This document shows, piece after piece, positions 8,505 to 19,162 of a DNA stretch of 64,000 bases. The position numbers and the translations under genes are program-made. The DNA comes from Candidatus Micrarchaeota archaeon (lineage in GTDB: Archaea > Micrarchaeota > Micrarchaeia > Anstonellales > Bilamarchaeaceae), in NCBI GenBank assembly GCA_038046805.1, contig JBBSVO010000007.1, positions 32,001 through 96,000 on the forward strand. Reading direction: 5' to 3'. How positions within the stretch are numbered: position 1 is the first letter of the stretch; the number at the start of each line of letters is the position of its first letter. Below the pieces are notes generated by a model, which worked only from the letters and a program-made list of their open reading frames with translations, made no database searches and was not told where the DNA came from.

Positions 8505-9332
8505 ATGCAAAAATTAAAATTGCTGGTTGTTGAAGACAGGGCTGTAAACCTTGCACACGCCCGTGCAGTAATGGATAAACACAAGGACAGAGTAGATGCT
8601 GTTTTTGCAGAAGATTTTGCTACTGCAGAAAGACATCTTAGAACTGGCGGCATTACAGGGATGCTGACGGACATTTTCTTTCCGTATGCAAAGGGAACCG
8701 GAAGGATTGAAACAAGGTTATTCGAAGACGCCAGATTACACTGTTTTACTAATGAAGACTTTGCTGCTGTTGACTTATTGGCAAAAACATTGGGTGAAGA
8801 ACTGCGCGAGCCACTCACTATGGGCACGGCTGATTTGATCGAAATAGATGCCCAACTCTCTAAACGTCTGTGCGGAATCTTATCATCCGAAAACTGCTCT
8901 GATGAATCAATGGAAGCATTGCGTTCTTTGCGCCCTCTTAGAACTGCATTAATGACGTTACAATATTATAGATCGGGAGTTCCCGAATGGAAAAGAGAGC
9001 TGGATTCATTAGATGCGGATTTGAAAAGTGGTGACGAATCAAGACAACCGTGCGGAATATTGACAATGCGGATAGCTTATGAAATGGGAATACCGTTTAT
9101 CGCTGTCTCGTCATTGCACGCAGCACATGGCAGCAGCGCAAGCCCGGTTTATAACCTATTAAGGTCAGAGGGTATTCTAACTGAGTTGCAAGTTATCGAG
9201 ACTGGGGGTTATGGCCACAGGGGAAGCACAGAAGAAAGCGAGCAAGCAGGGCATATCAAGGATGAAAACGTTTGGATGAAGGCACTTGTCGGCTTATTGG
9301 AAAGAATAGAAAAACCAGATTCGACAAAATGA
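8505..9332 (+). CDS. Receiver (CheY-like) domain protein with a large internal insertion
   Basis: LLVVED...MLTDIFFP, then about 130 aa of insertion, then PCG....AYEMGIPFIAVSS. GAGGTGA Shine-Dalgarno. Confidence 0.55.
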   Translation: MQKLKLLVVEDRAVNLAHARAVMDKHKDRVDAVFAEDFATAERHLRTGGITGMLTDIFFPYAKGTGRIETRLFEDARLHCFTNEDFAAVDLLAKTLGEELREPLTMGTADLIEIDAQLSKRLCGILSSENCSDESMEALRSLRPLRTALMTLQYYRSGVPEWKRELDSLDADLKSGDESRQPCGILTMRIAYEMGIPFIAVSSLHAAHGSSASPVYNLLRSEGILTELQVIETGGYGHRGSTEESEQAGHIKDENVWMKALVGLLERIEKPDSTK

Positions 9333-9374
9333 AAACATCAAACATTTCCGCACCACTGATTTTTTCCTTTTTTT

Positions 9375-10655
9375 CTAAAGCACCCTGCGTTTTACCATTG
9401 TCTGTCCTATTATTGCAAGGAAAACGAATGCCGGGACTGCTACAACATTTCCAAAAACAGCCAGCGTATCCTTTGTGACAAGAAAACCTCTTTTGAATTT
9501 TTTGAGATGCACTGCATCGCTTGCGTTTATATTGTTCTGCCATTTTACCTCAACAGGCATAAGTTCCCCGCTGATTTCGCAGAGAAAATCCACTTCCCCT
9601 TTCTTGTCACGATAGAAATGAAGATTGTCACATATCCTAAGAAGATGCGACCCGACAATATCCTCGATTATCTTGGATTCCTCCATGCGTGAAGAAAGCG
9701 CCTCTGTGAAGAACGGATCCAGGAATATGAATTTCTTCTCTTTTTTCATATCAGGGCTGTTTGAGGAAAGACTGTAATTATAGATGAGTTTACCAAGTAA
9801 GCCTGCTTCGAAAAAAGACAGGTAAGACTCAACAGTATGATGCGATTTTATGCTGGTTTCGTTGGATATACCAAGAAAATCAAAAGTTGTCTTTTCTCCA
9901 AGTCTGGCTATTATCTCCTTTGCATACCGCTGTGATTTTCCATGTCTTGCCATTAGTCCCTCTACCCATCTTGCATATCTTTCTCTGGAAAGCTCCCTAT
10001 CGATATTCCATACTGGTGGCAGGCCGCCATTCCTAACATATGTAATAAATGCCTTTCTGAGCGTTTCACCAACGTACAATTTTTTAGCGCTCGCAATATC
10101 AAAATCCAAAATTCCAGTTTGTTTTTCAGTGCAGTGAGAGCAATCCCTGAAGGAATACGGGTAAAAAATCTGCTCGTTGCCTTCAACAAACCTGCCGGGC
10201 AGTCTTTCCCCTCCTTGTTTTAGATCTATAGAAGATGAACCGGTTATAATCAAAAGGTCTTTATCAGATATCTTTCCGGCATCAACAAGATATTTTATTT
10301 TCGTTGCCCATTTTGCATCCTCTGTTGCTTCATCTATGATCATGCATCTGTTTCCGGATTCTGAAAAATCAAGATATTCTCGTATTGCATCATCTATCGG
10401 ATAACCGCTTTCTGCACTGAAATAAAAAACACCTTCCGGTTTGCCAGTACTAAGTTTTTCCATTATAAGATTTTTTGCTAGCGTGGTTTTTCCAACCTGC
10501 CGTGGCCCGCGGATTATATGCACCCCTTTTTTTGGGGTAAATGCCGGAAGGGAAAACCTCACATTTGCATTCATGTAATTGTGTATGTCCTTATCTTGTG
10601 TTATCGCATTCTTGTCTTCCCACCATGGATTTTGCTCGATGAGTATCCTGTTCAT
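9375..10655 (-). CDS. AAA+ ATPase, COG1373 type (AAA_14 plus DUF4143)
   Basis: QNPWW, Walker A GPRQVGKTT, IIDE, ITGSS, GGLP and C-terminal EVDF..PVEVK. Confidence 0.88.
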   Translation of the reverse strand: MNRILIEQNPWWEDKNAITQDKDIHNYMNANVRFSLPAFTPKKGVHIIRGPRQVGKTTLAKNLIMEKLSTGKPEGVFYFSAESGYPIDDAIREYLDFSESGNRCMIIDEATEDAKWATKIKYLVDAGKISDKDLLIITGSSSIDLKQGGERLPGRFVEGNEQIFYPYSFRDCSHCTEKQTGILDFDIASAKKLYVGETLRKAFITYVRNGGLPPVWNIDRELSRERYARWVEGLMARHGKSQRYAKEIIARLGEKTTFDFLGISNETSIKSHHTVESYLSFFEAGLLGKLIYNYSLSSNSPDMKKEKKFIFLDPFFTEALSSRMEESKIIEDIVGSHLLRICDNLHFYRDKKGEVDFLCEISGELMPVEVKWQNNINASDAVHLKKFKRGFLVTKDTLAVFGNVVAVPAFVFLAIIGQTMVKRRVL

Positions 10656-10704
10656 GGCATTCCATTGCCACGCAGTATTTAAATAGGTTGGCATCACGTT
10701 GCCA
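10655..10704. promoter_or_regulatory. Two TGGCA-N6-TGCCA palindromes flanking a TATA box
   Basis: Sites at 10655-10670 and 10689-10704, with TATTTAAATA between them, upstream of the AAA ATPase. Confidence 0.55.
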
Positions 10705-10745
10705 TGAAGTAGTTAAATGCATTGACATTTGCCAAGAAAAACAGT

Positions 10746-12341
10746 TTAGTGCCTAAAATGCCTTATCCCTGTAAAAACCATCGCCATTCCATGTTCGTCT
10801 GCCGCAGCAATTACTTCCTGGTCTTTGATTGAACCGCCTGGCTGGATTACGCACGTAACTCCACGCTTTGCCGCCTCATCTATTCCATCGCGGAACGGAA
10901 AAAACGCATCAGAAGCCATTGCGCATCCTTTTACAGTATCGCCATAGCTCTCTGCAATCATTGCTGCAAGCCTTGCTGCATCAACCCGTTTCATCTGTCC
11001 CGCACCAATGCCAACAGCCCGATTATCGCGGGCATAAATAATCGAATTTGAACGGACATATTTGCAAACAGTCCATGCGTAAAGTAAATCTTTCATTTCC
11101 TGCGCAGTTGGTTTTCTTTTGGTTACGACCTTCAGGTTTTTCTCATCCAATAATTCAGTATCAGCATCTTGTACTAAGAATCCACCAACAACAGAGCGGT
11201 AATCTGGGAACGAATCGCGTTTTATCGGAAGTTTGAGCTCGCCCATCTCAATAAGGCGAAGATTTTTTTTCTTTGCAGCAAATACTGTGCGTGCCGCATC
11301 GTTAAAGTGCGGTGCAACAATAACTTCGTAGAACCGCTCGCAGATTAGGTTCGCAAGCCCGGCATCTTCCACACTGCGGTTAAATGCAATCACTCCGCCA
11401 AATGCAGCTTCACTATCAACTGCTAGCGCTTTTTTGTAGGATTCAAAGAGCTTCGCATCGGTTGCAACCCCGCACGGATTATTATGCTTTACGATAACCG
11501 TGGTCGGCTCTGCAAATTCTTTAACCAGCTCAAACGCCGAGTTTATATCCAATATGTTGTTGAACGAAAGTTCCTTTCCCTGAAGGCATTTTCCGTTTGA
11601 AACACATGGATCGCGTTTGTGGTTGTCTAAATAGAATGCGGCAGTCTGATGGGAATTCTCACCATATCTCATGTTCTGGATTTTCTTGAATGAGAGATTG
11701 AGATATTCGGGATATTTCAGTGCACCTTCTTTGCTGCCATTGCTGAACTCCTTTCGTAAATACTGCTCAATGACTACGTCATAATGCGCAACATGTTCGA
11801 ATGCCTCAAGCGCGAGTTGTTTGCGGGTCTGCTCGGACAGACTGTTTTTTTCTTTTTTTAGTTCCGCAATAACGCTTTCGTAGCGTTTCGGATTAACAAC
11901 AACTCCTACAGACGCGTAATTCTTTGCCGCAGAACGGACGAGTGTAGGGCCGCCGATATCGATGTTTTCAATCGCTTCCTCAAGCGTAACTACATCTTTT
12001 CCGTCCTTCGCAGTCACCTGCTCAAAAGGATAAAGATTAACTACAACCAGATCGATTAATTCGATTTTGTTCCGCTTTGCTTCTTCGATATGTGCCTTCT
12101 TTGATCGATCCGCGAGTATTGCACCATGAATTTTCGGATGAAGTGTTTTTACCCGCCCGCTCATCATTTCCGGAAAACCGGTAACGTCCGAAACTTCAAC
12201 AACCTTAACTCCTGATTTAGCAAGTTCCCTGGCAGTCCCTCCGCTGGAAACGATTTCAATTCCCATTGCGGAAAGCTCTTTTGCGAATTCAACTATTCCG
12301 GTCTTGTCGAAGACACTGACTAAGGCACGTTGAATTTTCAT
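10746..12341 (-). CDS. purH: Bifunctional AICAR transformylase / IMP cyclohydrolase
   Basis: [48 protein letters not shown] and terminal RHFRH. Confidence 0.97.
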   Translation of the reverse strand: MKIQRALVSVFDKTGIVEFAKELSAMGIEIVSSGGTARELAKSGVKVVEVSDVTGFPEMMSGRVKTLHPKIHGAILADRSKKAHIEEAKRNKIELIDLVVVNLYPFEQVTAKDGKDVVTLEEAIENIDIGGPTLVRSAAKNYASVGVVVNPKRYESVIAELKKEKNSLSEQTRKQLALEAFEHVAHYDVVIEQYLRKEFSNGSKEGALKYPEYLNLSFKKIQNMRYGENSHQTAAFYLDNHKRDPCVSNGKCLQGKELSFNNILDINSAFELVKEFAEPTTVIVKHNNPCGVATDAKLFESYKKALAVDSEAAFGGVIAFNRSVEDAGLANLICERFYEVIVAPHFNDAARTVFAAKKKNLRLIEMGELKLPIKRDSFPDYRSVVGGFLVQDADTELLDEKNLKVVTKRKPTAQEMKDLLYAWTVCKYVRSNSIIYARDNRAVGIGAGQMKRVDAARLAAMIAESYGDTVKGCAMASDAFFPFRDGIDEAAKRGVTCVIQPGGSIKDQEVIAAADEHGMAMVFTGIRHFRH

Positions 12342-12344
12342 ATT

Positions 12345-12418
12345 AGAACCAGTTATTATAAGATATTTGAAAGGGTATAAAAAGGATGTGGAAAACAGAA
12401 CTAGTTATTATAAGATAT
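12345..12418. repeat. 22-bp direct repeat pair in a divergent promoter region
   Basis: AGAAC(C/T)AGTTATTATAAGATAT at 12345-12366 and 12397-12418. Confidence 0.7.
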
Positions 12419-12487
12419 GGATAGAATAAATCTCATGAATATATATATTTAAACACTTGGGTCAAAAAGAATAGTTAAGTGATTTGT

Positions 12488-12784
12488 ATGAATTCTCATA
12501 GGTATGCAGATAAACCCCGGAGTAATGGCGGTCAACCGCAAAGGCCATTAAGAGAGATAAGAAAATTAGCTGTATGGACATTATATGCTCAAAATCAAGC
12601 AGATAAAAGGCAAGAGGCAGAAGATATTGCTTTGAGATTTACAGATATAACTATTCAAGCTGCAGAAGCAGAACTAGGTCGTTTAACACAACGGTATCGC
12701 ATGGATCGAGAGATGAGAACGCGTTATCAGGTGCATTCGCCAGCCTTGCGTCAATGTATGAAGGAAAAAGGATGGAGTTTATGA
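12488..12784 (+). CDS. Hypothetical protein
   Basis: 98-aa ORF with an upstream TATA-like TATTTAAA. No recognised motif. Confidence 0.55.
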   Translation: MNSHRYADKPRSNGGQPQRPLREIRKLAVWTLYAQNQADKRQEAEDIALRFTDITIQAAEAELGRLTQRYRMDREMRTRYQVHSPALRQCMKEKGWSL

Positions 12785-12831
12785 ACAAAGCAGCACAACA
12801 GTTTGCGCAACTTTAACTCTTCAGGAGCTAC

Positions 12832-13164
12832 TCAAATAAGATGGAAACCAGTTAGATAAAGCAAAAAACTCGTATTTTCACTTACTTTAAGCGCATGGAC
12901 CTGATTTGATTTCATATGAATGAAGACTCCTGGAGCCATTGCAACGCGTTTTGCACCAAGTTTGAATGTCCCTTTTCCCTCCAGCACAAGAATTACCGCC
13001 TCTTTTGTGGAGGTATGCTCGGAAAGCGCAGTTCCTTTTGCCATGCAGAATAAAGTAACATCCAACGAAGGAGAACGAACAAGCTCCTTGCTGGTGATTC
13101 CACCTTTTGAATAGGAAATTGATCCGTAGATATTTGCTAAATTTTTTGACAAAATAACCACCAA
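12832..13164 (-). CDS. Cupin domain protein
   Basis: GT.LSEH..EA...VLEG.G.F and PG.FIHM..N..HAL. Exact start uncertain. Confidence 0.85.
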   Translation of the reverse strand: MVVILSKNLANIYGSISYSKGGITSKELVRSPSLDVTLFCMAKGTALSEHTSTKEAVILVLEGKGTFKLGAKRVAMAPGVFIHMKSNQVHALKVSENTSFLLYLTGFHLI

Positions 13165-13200
13165 ACAACGATATAATGTAATCAGATTTTGCGATAGACC

Positions 13201-14160
13201 TTATTTTTTGTGCGCAGCCCCAACCAGCTCTGACAATGAACTGACTTTATGCGCACTTAACCATTCTTCCATTTCCTTTGAAATTAGCGAGAATGCTTTT
13301 GCACCGCGATAATATGTTGCAGTTCCAACTCCAACTGCACTTGCACCGGCCATGAGCATTTCTATTGCATCCTTTCCATAGGTTACCCCGCCAGTTCCAA
13401 TTATTGGGATTTTCACGGATTGATAAATATCGTAAACACAGCGAACTGCGATTGGGCGGATTGCAGGACCGGTAAGCCCTCCACAACCAAAACTCAGAAC
13501 CGGCGAGCGGCGTTCAATATCTATAACCATCCCCGGCCCGACGCTATTTCCCATGTTTATCGCAGCTGCACCGGAACGCTCGGCTGCCTTTGCAACTTCG
13601 CCTAGAGCGGAAATGTTCGGAGACAATTTTGCAATTAGCGGAACCGAATCTGGAATGATTGAACGGACAACACGGACTATTTCCCCTGTTGATTCCGGAG
13701 TATTCTGACCAGCCATTGTTCCGTAACCAGGAGTATGAGGACACGACAATGCGAGTTCAAGCGCGGATATTTTCAAACTGCCGCCAGCAATTGCAGATTT
13801 TATTTTTTCCGCAATCGCCCGAAACTCTTCTACATCCTTTCCTGCAATATTGAAAATTAGTGGTGCACCGGCCTTTGCCACATCCCAATCTGAAAATTCG
13901 CTTATTGCCGCACCAATTCCTGGATTTGTAATTCCAACTGCATTGATAAAACCGCTCGGGGTTTCGGAAAGAACAGGAGTTTCATGACCTTTTCTTGGCA
14001 AAAGAGTTGTTGATTTGGTAGTAACCGCACCAACACCATTTTTCGCTGCAGTTTCTAGAGAATTTTTTGTTCCAGAAGTAATACCAGATGCAAGAATAAG
14101 TGGATTTCTTAGTTTTGTTCCGAAAACGTGAACCGATAGGTCTATTGTTGTTTTGCTCAT
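13201..14160 (-). CDS. pyrD: Dihydroorotate dehydrogenase, family 1 catalytic subunit
   Basis: NPLILASG, INAVG.TNPG, LSCPH, KLSPN, GGLTGPAIRP and IIGTGGV. Confidence 0.93.
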   Translation of the reverse strand: MSKTTIDLSVHVFGTKLRNPLILASGITSGTKNSLETAAKNGVGAVTTKSTTLLPRKGHETPVLSETPSGFINAVGITNPGIGAAISEFSDWDVAKAGAPLIFNIAGKDVEEFRAIAEKIKSAIAGGSLKISALELALSCPHTPGYGTMAGQNTPESTGEIVRVVRSIIPDSVPLIAKLSPNISALGEVAKAAERSGAAAINMGNSVGPGMVIDIERRSPVLSFGCGGLTGPAIRPIAVRCVYDIYQSVKIPIIGTGGVTYGKDAIEMLMAGASAVGVGTATYYRGAKAFSLISKEMEEWLSAHKVSSLSELVGAAHKK

Positions 14161-14228
14161 GTATATCAGAATATTTACCTTCGTATCCGTTTTTATCCCT
14201 TGTCATTCTATATTATAATGGTGCTAAT

Positions 14229-14828
14229 ATGGCAACCATGACGGTTCCTGTTCCAGGTATGGACACTCTTCTTTCTTCTGTGATGCCATACGCTGTGCCA
14301 ACACTAATTGCACTTCTTATTATGGGCATTATCTATGCACTTTTGCGAAACCTTAAACTAATTATTGGTCTTGCGATAGTCTTCGCTCTCCTTGCTTCTA
14401 TGGGCGTGATTCCGCAATGGACGCCTAACATAAATCTTTCAAGTTTACCGGCAACCGTACAGGGTGGACAACTACAAACCACACCAACGCAGACCAACCA
14501 ACTTTCAGTAAATGTTGAGGAAGTTGTGATTGGAGTCCCCAGTGGAAATAAAATAATTGAAACAAGAACATTTGACAAGAATGCTCCTTTGATAAAAGCG
14601 ATTGTAAAATACAAAAACGCAGTCATATTTGAAACAATGGACATTGCATTGAAGCACCTTCAAAGCGGAAAAATAATTGGAATAAAAAACGCAGTATTAT
14701 TGGATAAAAATTCTCAGTTTGATGTAGAATTCCCTGAGCCAAAAGGAGGCTGGGAAATAGGGGATTATGCACTAATTGTAGCAAAAGATGGGAAAGAACT
14801 ATATAGCGGGGCGATTACGGTAGTCTAG
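14229..14828 (+). CDS. Membrane-anchored protein with a beta-rich extracellular domain
   Basis: Two N-terminal hydrophobic helices and a C-terminal P..GW..G.Y motif. Confidence 0.65.
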   Translation: MATMTVPVPGMDTLLSSVMPYAVPTLIALLIMGIIYALLRNLKLIIGLAIVFALLASMGVIPQWTPNINLSSLPATVQGGQLQTTPTQTNQLSVNVEEVVIGVPSGNKIIETRTFDKNAPLIKAIVKYKNAVIFETMDIALKHLQSGKIIGIKNAVLLDKNSQFDVEFPEPKGGWEIGDYALIVAKDGKELYSGAITVV

Positions 14829-14857
14829 TTTAATCCCTTCGGAATGGTGACCACAAA

Positions 14858-15934
14858 ATGAAATTTTCATTGGGAGATATTCTGCTCATCTTTATCCCTA
14901 TTTCCGCATTTCTTTATTTCGGCGCATTTCCACCAATTTATGTATTCGCCGCATCGGTTCTGGCGCTTATTGCATTATCAGCGAAATTAGGGGAAGCAAC
15001 CGAAGAAATTGCAAAGCACGTGGGGGAAAACGCAGGTGCACTGCTTAATGCAACATTTGGAAACGCAACTGAACTTATTATCGCCCTGATTGCGATAAAA
15101 GAGGGTCTTTTTGAAGTGGTCAAGGCTTCGATAACCGGTTCGATTATCGGAAACATGTTGTTTGTCCTTGGCGCAAGTCTTCTTGTTGGAGGCTTAAAGT
15201 ACAAACAAATGAAATTTAATCCTCATGCCGCGGGAATGAATGCAAGCATGTTGTTGATTGCTGTCTTTGCATTGATGATTCCTTCAATATTCTTCAATGT
15301 TGGCGGAACAATTGGTGCAGATGGGACAACAACTCCTATTCACAAGGAAAATCTTGAGGCATTGAGTATTGGAATAAGCGTTCTGGTTATTTTGGTGTAC
15401 CTTCTTTCACTTATATTCTCGTTCAAAACCCATTCGTATTTATTCCGCACGAAAGAAGAGGCAGGTGTAGAAAAGAAATGGAGCAAAGAAATGGCAACTG
15501 CTGTGCTGGTCGTTTCCACAATTCTAATTGCAGGAGTGGCTGAAATATTCATCTCGTCAATAGAACCGATAATCCATGAATTCAAACTTCCGGAAATATT
15601 CGTCGGTGCAATCGTAATTGCGATGGTCGGCAATGCCGCGGAGCATATGACCGCGGTGATGTTCGCTTTGAAAAATAAAATCGACATGAGCATATCTATT
15701 ACGATCGGCTCATCAATACAGATTGCAATGTTTATTGCGCCTCTCCTTGTTCTTGTTTCCGCAGGAATGGGAAAGCCTATGGATCTGGCATTCAACATAT
15801 TTGAAGTGTTGGCAGTTTTCGCTTCGGTGCTGATTGTGAATGAGCTTACATCAGATGGGGAAACGAATTGGTTTGAAGGAGCACAATTGCTGGTTGCATA
15901 TCTGATTCTCGCTGTGATGTTCTTTTTACTGTGA
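14858..15934 (+). CDS. cax: Ca2+/H+ antiporter (CAX/ChaA)
   Basis: [30 protein letters not shown] and NWFEG, with about 10 transmembrane helices. Confidence 0.93.
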   Translation: MKFSLGDILLIFIPISAFLYFGAFPPIYVFAASVLALIALSAKLGEATEEIAKHVGENAGALLNATFGNATELIIALIAIKEGLFEVVKASITGSIIGNMLFVLGASLLVGGLKYKQMKFNPHAAGMNASMLLIAVFALMIPSIFFNVGGTIGADGTTTPIHKENLEALSIGISVLVILVYLLSLIFSFKTHSYLFRTKEEAGVEKKWSKEMATAVLVVSTILIAGVAEIFISSIEPIIHEFKLPEIFVGAIVIAMVGNAAEHMTAVMFALKNKIDMSISITIGSSIQIAMFIAPLLVLVSAGMGKPMDLAFNIFEVLAVFASVLIVNELTSDGETNWFEGAQLLVAYLILAVMFFLL

Positions 15935-15953
15935 AGAATGCAGACTAGGACGA

Positions 15954-16122
15954 TGTCAAAAACCACCAGTCAAAGACTGGTAACGTGGTTTGCCTAGCAA
16001 ATTTAACGTTTTTATACCCTAGGCAAACCGCGTTAGGTGGCTTGTTTATTTTTGACAGGTAGATATTCCACTAGAACTGTGTTTCTCGGGTGACCACCAG
16101 TTACAAACTGGTGGAATATCTA
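15954..16122. mobile_element. Palindrome-rich intergenic element, possibly a non-autonomous IS200/IS605-type remnant or a structured RNA
   Basis: Two related hairpins (CCACCAGTC-AAA-GACTGGT and CCACCAGTT-ACA-AACTGGTGG), a nested 17-bp inverted repeat and a 15-bp inverted repeat. Confidence 0.4.
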
Positions 16123-16152
16123 GATTTTAAACCTTAACCGCAATAATCGCAC

Positions 16153-18618
16153 ATGGCGCTAATCAAAAGCAGGGCTTATTTTCTAGACGCGGATTACGTT
16201 TTCCGTAAAGGAGAAACATATCTGCGGCTTCTTATGAAGGGAAAACGAACATTTCGGCTTTATATGCGCTATGACCCGTATTTTTACGTTGATGCACCTC
16301 ACTCAGCAAAGGAAACGCTTGCAAAGCTTACTGCAAGGACAAAAATCGGGGAAACCGTGAAGGTTCTAAGAGTTGAGGAATGCGAACGGACTGTGCTTTG
16401 CGAACGGAAAAAGATATTTAAGGTGTTCGCCAGCCATCCGCAACACGTTCCTGCATTGAAGGGAGCTGTCCCTTACCCGTGTTTTGAATACAATATCCCA
16501 TTTGCAAAACGAGCAATAATTGACCTGAAACTCGTTCCGTTTTCGCTTGTTGAGTATAAACGCGAGAGGCGGATAATCAAGGAAATTATTAAGATAACCC
16601 AGGCTGAAAAACCACCAGCACTGACCAGGATGGCCTTTGATATTGAAACATACAATCCCCTTGGTGCTCCGCGAATGGATAAAGATCCGATAATCATGAT
16701 AAGTTATGAAACAGAAGTTGATGGAAAAACAGAACGAGGGGTCATTTCAACAAAGGATTTCAATAAGGAATACGCGATTCTATGTAAGGATGAAAAAGAA
16801 ATGCTTGAAAAATTCTCGGAAATAGTCCAACGTGTGGACCCGGACGTTCTTTATGGGTACAATTCTGCTAATTTTGATCTTACATATATGCTTGAACGGG
16901 AAAAAGCGGTGCGGGCTAAGTTAAACATCGGACGCGGAAAGGGAAAAATAACTCCTATAAAACGAGGCATGGTAGCCGGAATGCGAGTAGAGGGGAGAAT
17001 ACATTTCGATATTTATCCAACAGTCAGATTCTTCGGATTTATAGGTCTTGTGAAAACCGGTAGATTCACGCTCGAGGCAGTTTACGCAGAAATGAGCGGA
17101 AAAAAGAAAAAAATGGTTAAGCGAGCGGAGATTTGGGAGATGTGGGACAGAAACGAATTGGAGGAACTCGCAGATTATTCAATGAACGATGCCAAGGCAA
17201 CTCTGGAAATAGGAGATAAGGTACTACCACTTCAAACCGAAATGGCAACGATAGCAAAGATGCCACTTTTTGACGTTACCTTGTCTACGAGCGGCCAGTT
17301 GGTTGAAAGCCTTCTTATGTTCAATGCAAATACAAGAGAAGAAATCGTACCGAACAGGCCAAACGACGCAGTGATAAAGGAAAGAGATTTGAGTCCGATA
17401 CAGGGGGCATTTGTCAAACTTCCGGAACCAGGAATTTATGAGAATATCGCAGTTATGGACTTCCGCGGACTGTACCCCTCGATAATTGTTTCGTATAATA
17501 TCGATCCGTTCACGGTAATCAAAACAGGAAACAAAAAAGCCGGGACTCCAGACTCTAGACTCGAAACGGAATCCGGAGCGCATGAAGCTCCAACCGGAGT
17601 GCGGTTCTCAAAAAAGAAAATTGGGATGATACCCGAAACGCTCGAATGGTTGGTGGAATTCCGTTCTAAGATAAAAAAGGAGATAAAAAAACATAAACCA
17701 GATACTCTGGAATATATACATCTGTCGGCAAGGTCGCATGCGCTAAAGATTCTTGCAAACAGCTTCTATGGATATATGCTTTATTCCCGCTCAAGGTGGT
17801 ATAGCAGGGAATGCGGGGAAAGCGTTACTGCATTAGGAAGGATGCATATTCAAAATACTATACAAATGGCTGAGAAAGTGGGGTTTAGTGTTTTATATGG
17901 AGACACTGATTCGATCTTCCTCCTGCTCGGGAACAAGCCAAAGGATTCCGCAACTGAATTTATGGAAAAAATAAATAAATCGCTTCCGGGAAACATGGAA
18001 CTCGAATTAGAGGGATTTTATCCGCGTGGAGTATTTGTAGGTAAAAAGGGGGAAGAACGCGGGGCAAAGAAAAAATATGCAATGATTGGAGAAGATGGAA
18101 GAATAAAAATACGCGGATTCGAACTGGTTAGGCGAGACTGGTCGCAGGTTGCAAAGGAAACCCAGCGCATGGTTCTTGAGGCAATTCTCAAGGAAGGCAG
18201 CAAGGAAAAGGCAGTGAAAATCGTGCGTGAAGCCGTGGAGCGGTTGAAAAGCGGAAAGGTTCCACTGGAAGAATTGGCGATAACGACCCAGCTTAACAAA
18301 GCACCTGGAAAATATGAGGTAACCAGCCCGGAACTTGCAGCAGCAGAAAAGGCAGCAAAACGAGGGGTTCCGATTGAAAAGGGAAGCGTGATTCAGTATG
18401 TGATAGTGAAAACTGGGAAAACAACAAAAGCATCATCTGCGCCCATATCCGAAAGAGCAGAACCAGTTGATTTTGTGAAGGAGGGGGATTACGACGCAGA
18501 TTATTATATAAACAATCAGGTATTACCTTCAGTTATGAAAATCCTGAAAGAATTGGGATATAGTGAGTATGACCTCAAGATTGGTGGAAAACAAAAGAGT
18601 TTATTAAGTTTTGAATAG
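16153..18618 (+). CDS. polB: Family B DNA polymerase
   Basis: Exonuclease motifs FDIET and YNSANFD, polymerase motifs DFRGLYPS, KILANSFYGY, YGDTDS and KKKY. No intein. Confidence 0.97.
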   Translation: MALIKSRAYFLDADYVFRKGETYLRLLMKGKRTFRLYMRYDPYFYVDAPHSAKETLAKLTARTKIGETVKVLRVEECERTVLCERKKIFKVFASHPQHVPALKGAVPYPCFEYNIPFAKRAIIDLKLVPFSLVEYKRERRIIKEIIKITQAEKPPALTRMAFDIETYNPLGAPRMDKDPIIMISYETEVDGKTERGVISTKDFNKEYAILCKDEKEMLEKFSEIVQRVDPDVLYGYNSANFDLTYMLEREKAVRAKLNIGRGKGKITPIKRGMVAGMRVEGRIHFDIYPTVRFFGFIGLVKTGRFTLEAVYAEMSGKKKKMVKRAEIWEMWDRNELEELADYSMNDAKATLEIGDKVLPLQTEMATIAKMPLFDVTLSTSGQLVESLLMFNANTREEIVPNRPNDAVIKERDLSPIQGAFVKLPEPGIYENIAVMDFRGLYPSIIVSYNIDPFTVIKTGNKKAGTPDSRLETESGAHEAPTGVRFSKKKIGMIPETLEWLVEFRSKIKKEIKKHKPDTLEYIHLSARSHALKILANSFYGYMLYSRSRWYSRECGESVTALGRMHIQNTIQMAEKVGFSVLYGDTDSIFLLLGNKPKDSATEFMEKINKSLPGNMELELEGFYPRGVFVGKKGEERGAKKKYAMIGEDGRIKIRGFELVRRDWSQVAKETQRMVLEAILKEGSKEKAVKIVREAVERLKSGKVPLEELAITTQLNKAPGKYEVTSPELAAAEKAAKRGVPIEKGSVIQYVIVKTGKTTKASSAPISERAEPVDFVKEGDYDADYYINNQVLPSVMKILKELGYSEYDLKIGGKQKSLLSFE

Positions 18619-18739
18619 TATACTGAACCATATATGTAATTCCGATTTACGGTTTTTGGTTTTACATCGTTGGTTCAGTATAGATCGAGACGAGAAAACA
18701 TTCTTGTCTCGGGATATTACATTTACACTGGGTGTTATA

Positions 18740-19120
18740 TTGACAACAAGATCCGCACAAAAAATTCTCGAAGGAGGGAAAAAGAAACCAGAAGAAACAG
18801 AATCCGTTCTGTCAAAAATAAACGAACTTATTACGCTTGCGGTTGAAAAAGGGCGAGGACCAACTGCTGTGACTGGCCATAGATACAGCGAGTATCTAAA
18901 AGGACTGGAAAACTCCGGGGAAGCGGAAAGGCGAAGAAAAAGACCAAAGGATGAAATCCCGGTATTGGTCAAAAAAGCCGATGAAAAACATCACGTACCA
19001 AAGAGCGCAGTTGTTCCGGTTCCGATAACAGAGGAAGCGCTAAAGGCAACTTATTCGCTCACTGCGGCACTAGATAAGGCGAAAAATGGAAGCTCGAAGA
19101 AATTGGAATGGCTTGTATAG
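18740..19120 (+). CDS. Hypothetical protein
   Basis: TTG start inferred from a GGTG Shine-Dalgarno. Codon usage is native-like. Confidence 0.55.
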   Translation: MTTRSAQKILEGGKKKPEETESVLSKINELITLAVEKGRGPTAVTGHRYSEYLKGLENSGEAERRRKRPKDEIPVLVKKADEKHHVPKSAVVPVPITEEALKATYSLTAALDKAKNGSSKKLEWLV

Positions 19121-19162
19121 AAAATACGGGAAGAAATTGGAAACGACATACAGAGATTGGAA

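Noticed and set aside
6450..10655. Integrated island at tRNA-Tyr
   Set aside because: Accessory-looking genes follow the tRNA, but no integrase or duplicated tRNA 3' end was seen.
13201..14160. pyrD without an adjacent pyrK
   Set aside because: Pathway genes are scattered in this window, so pyrK may simply lie elsewhere.
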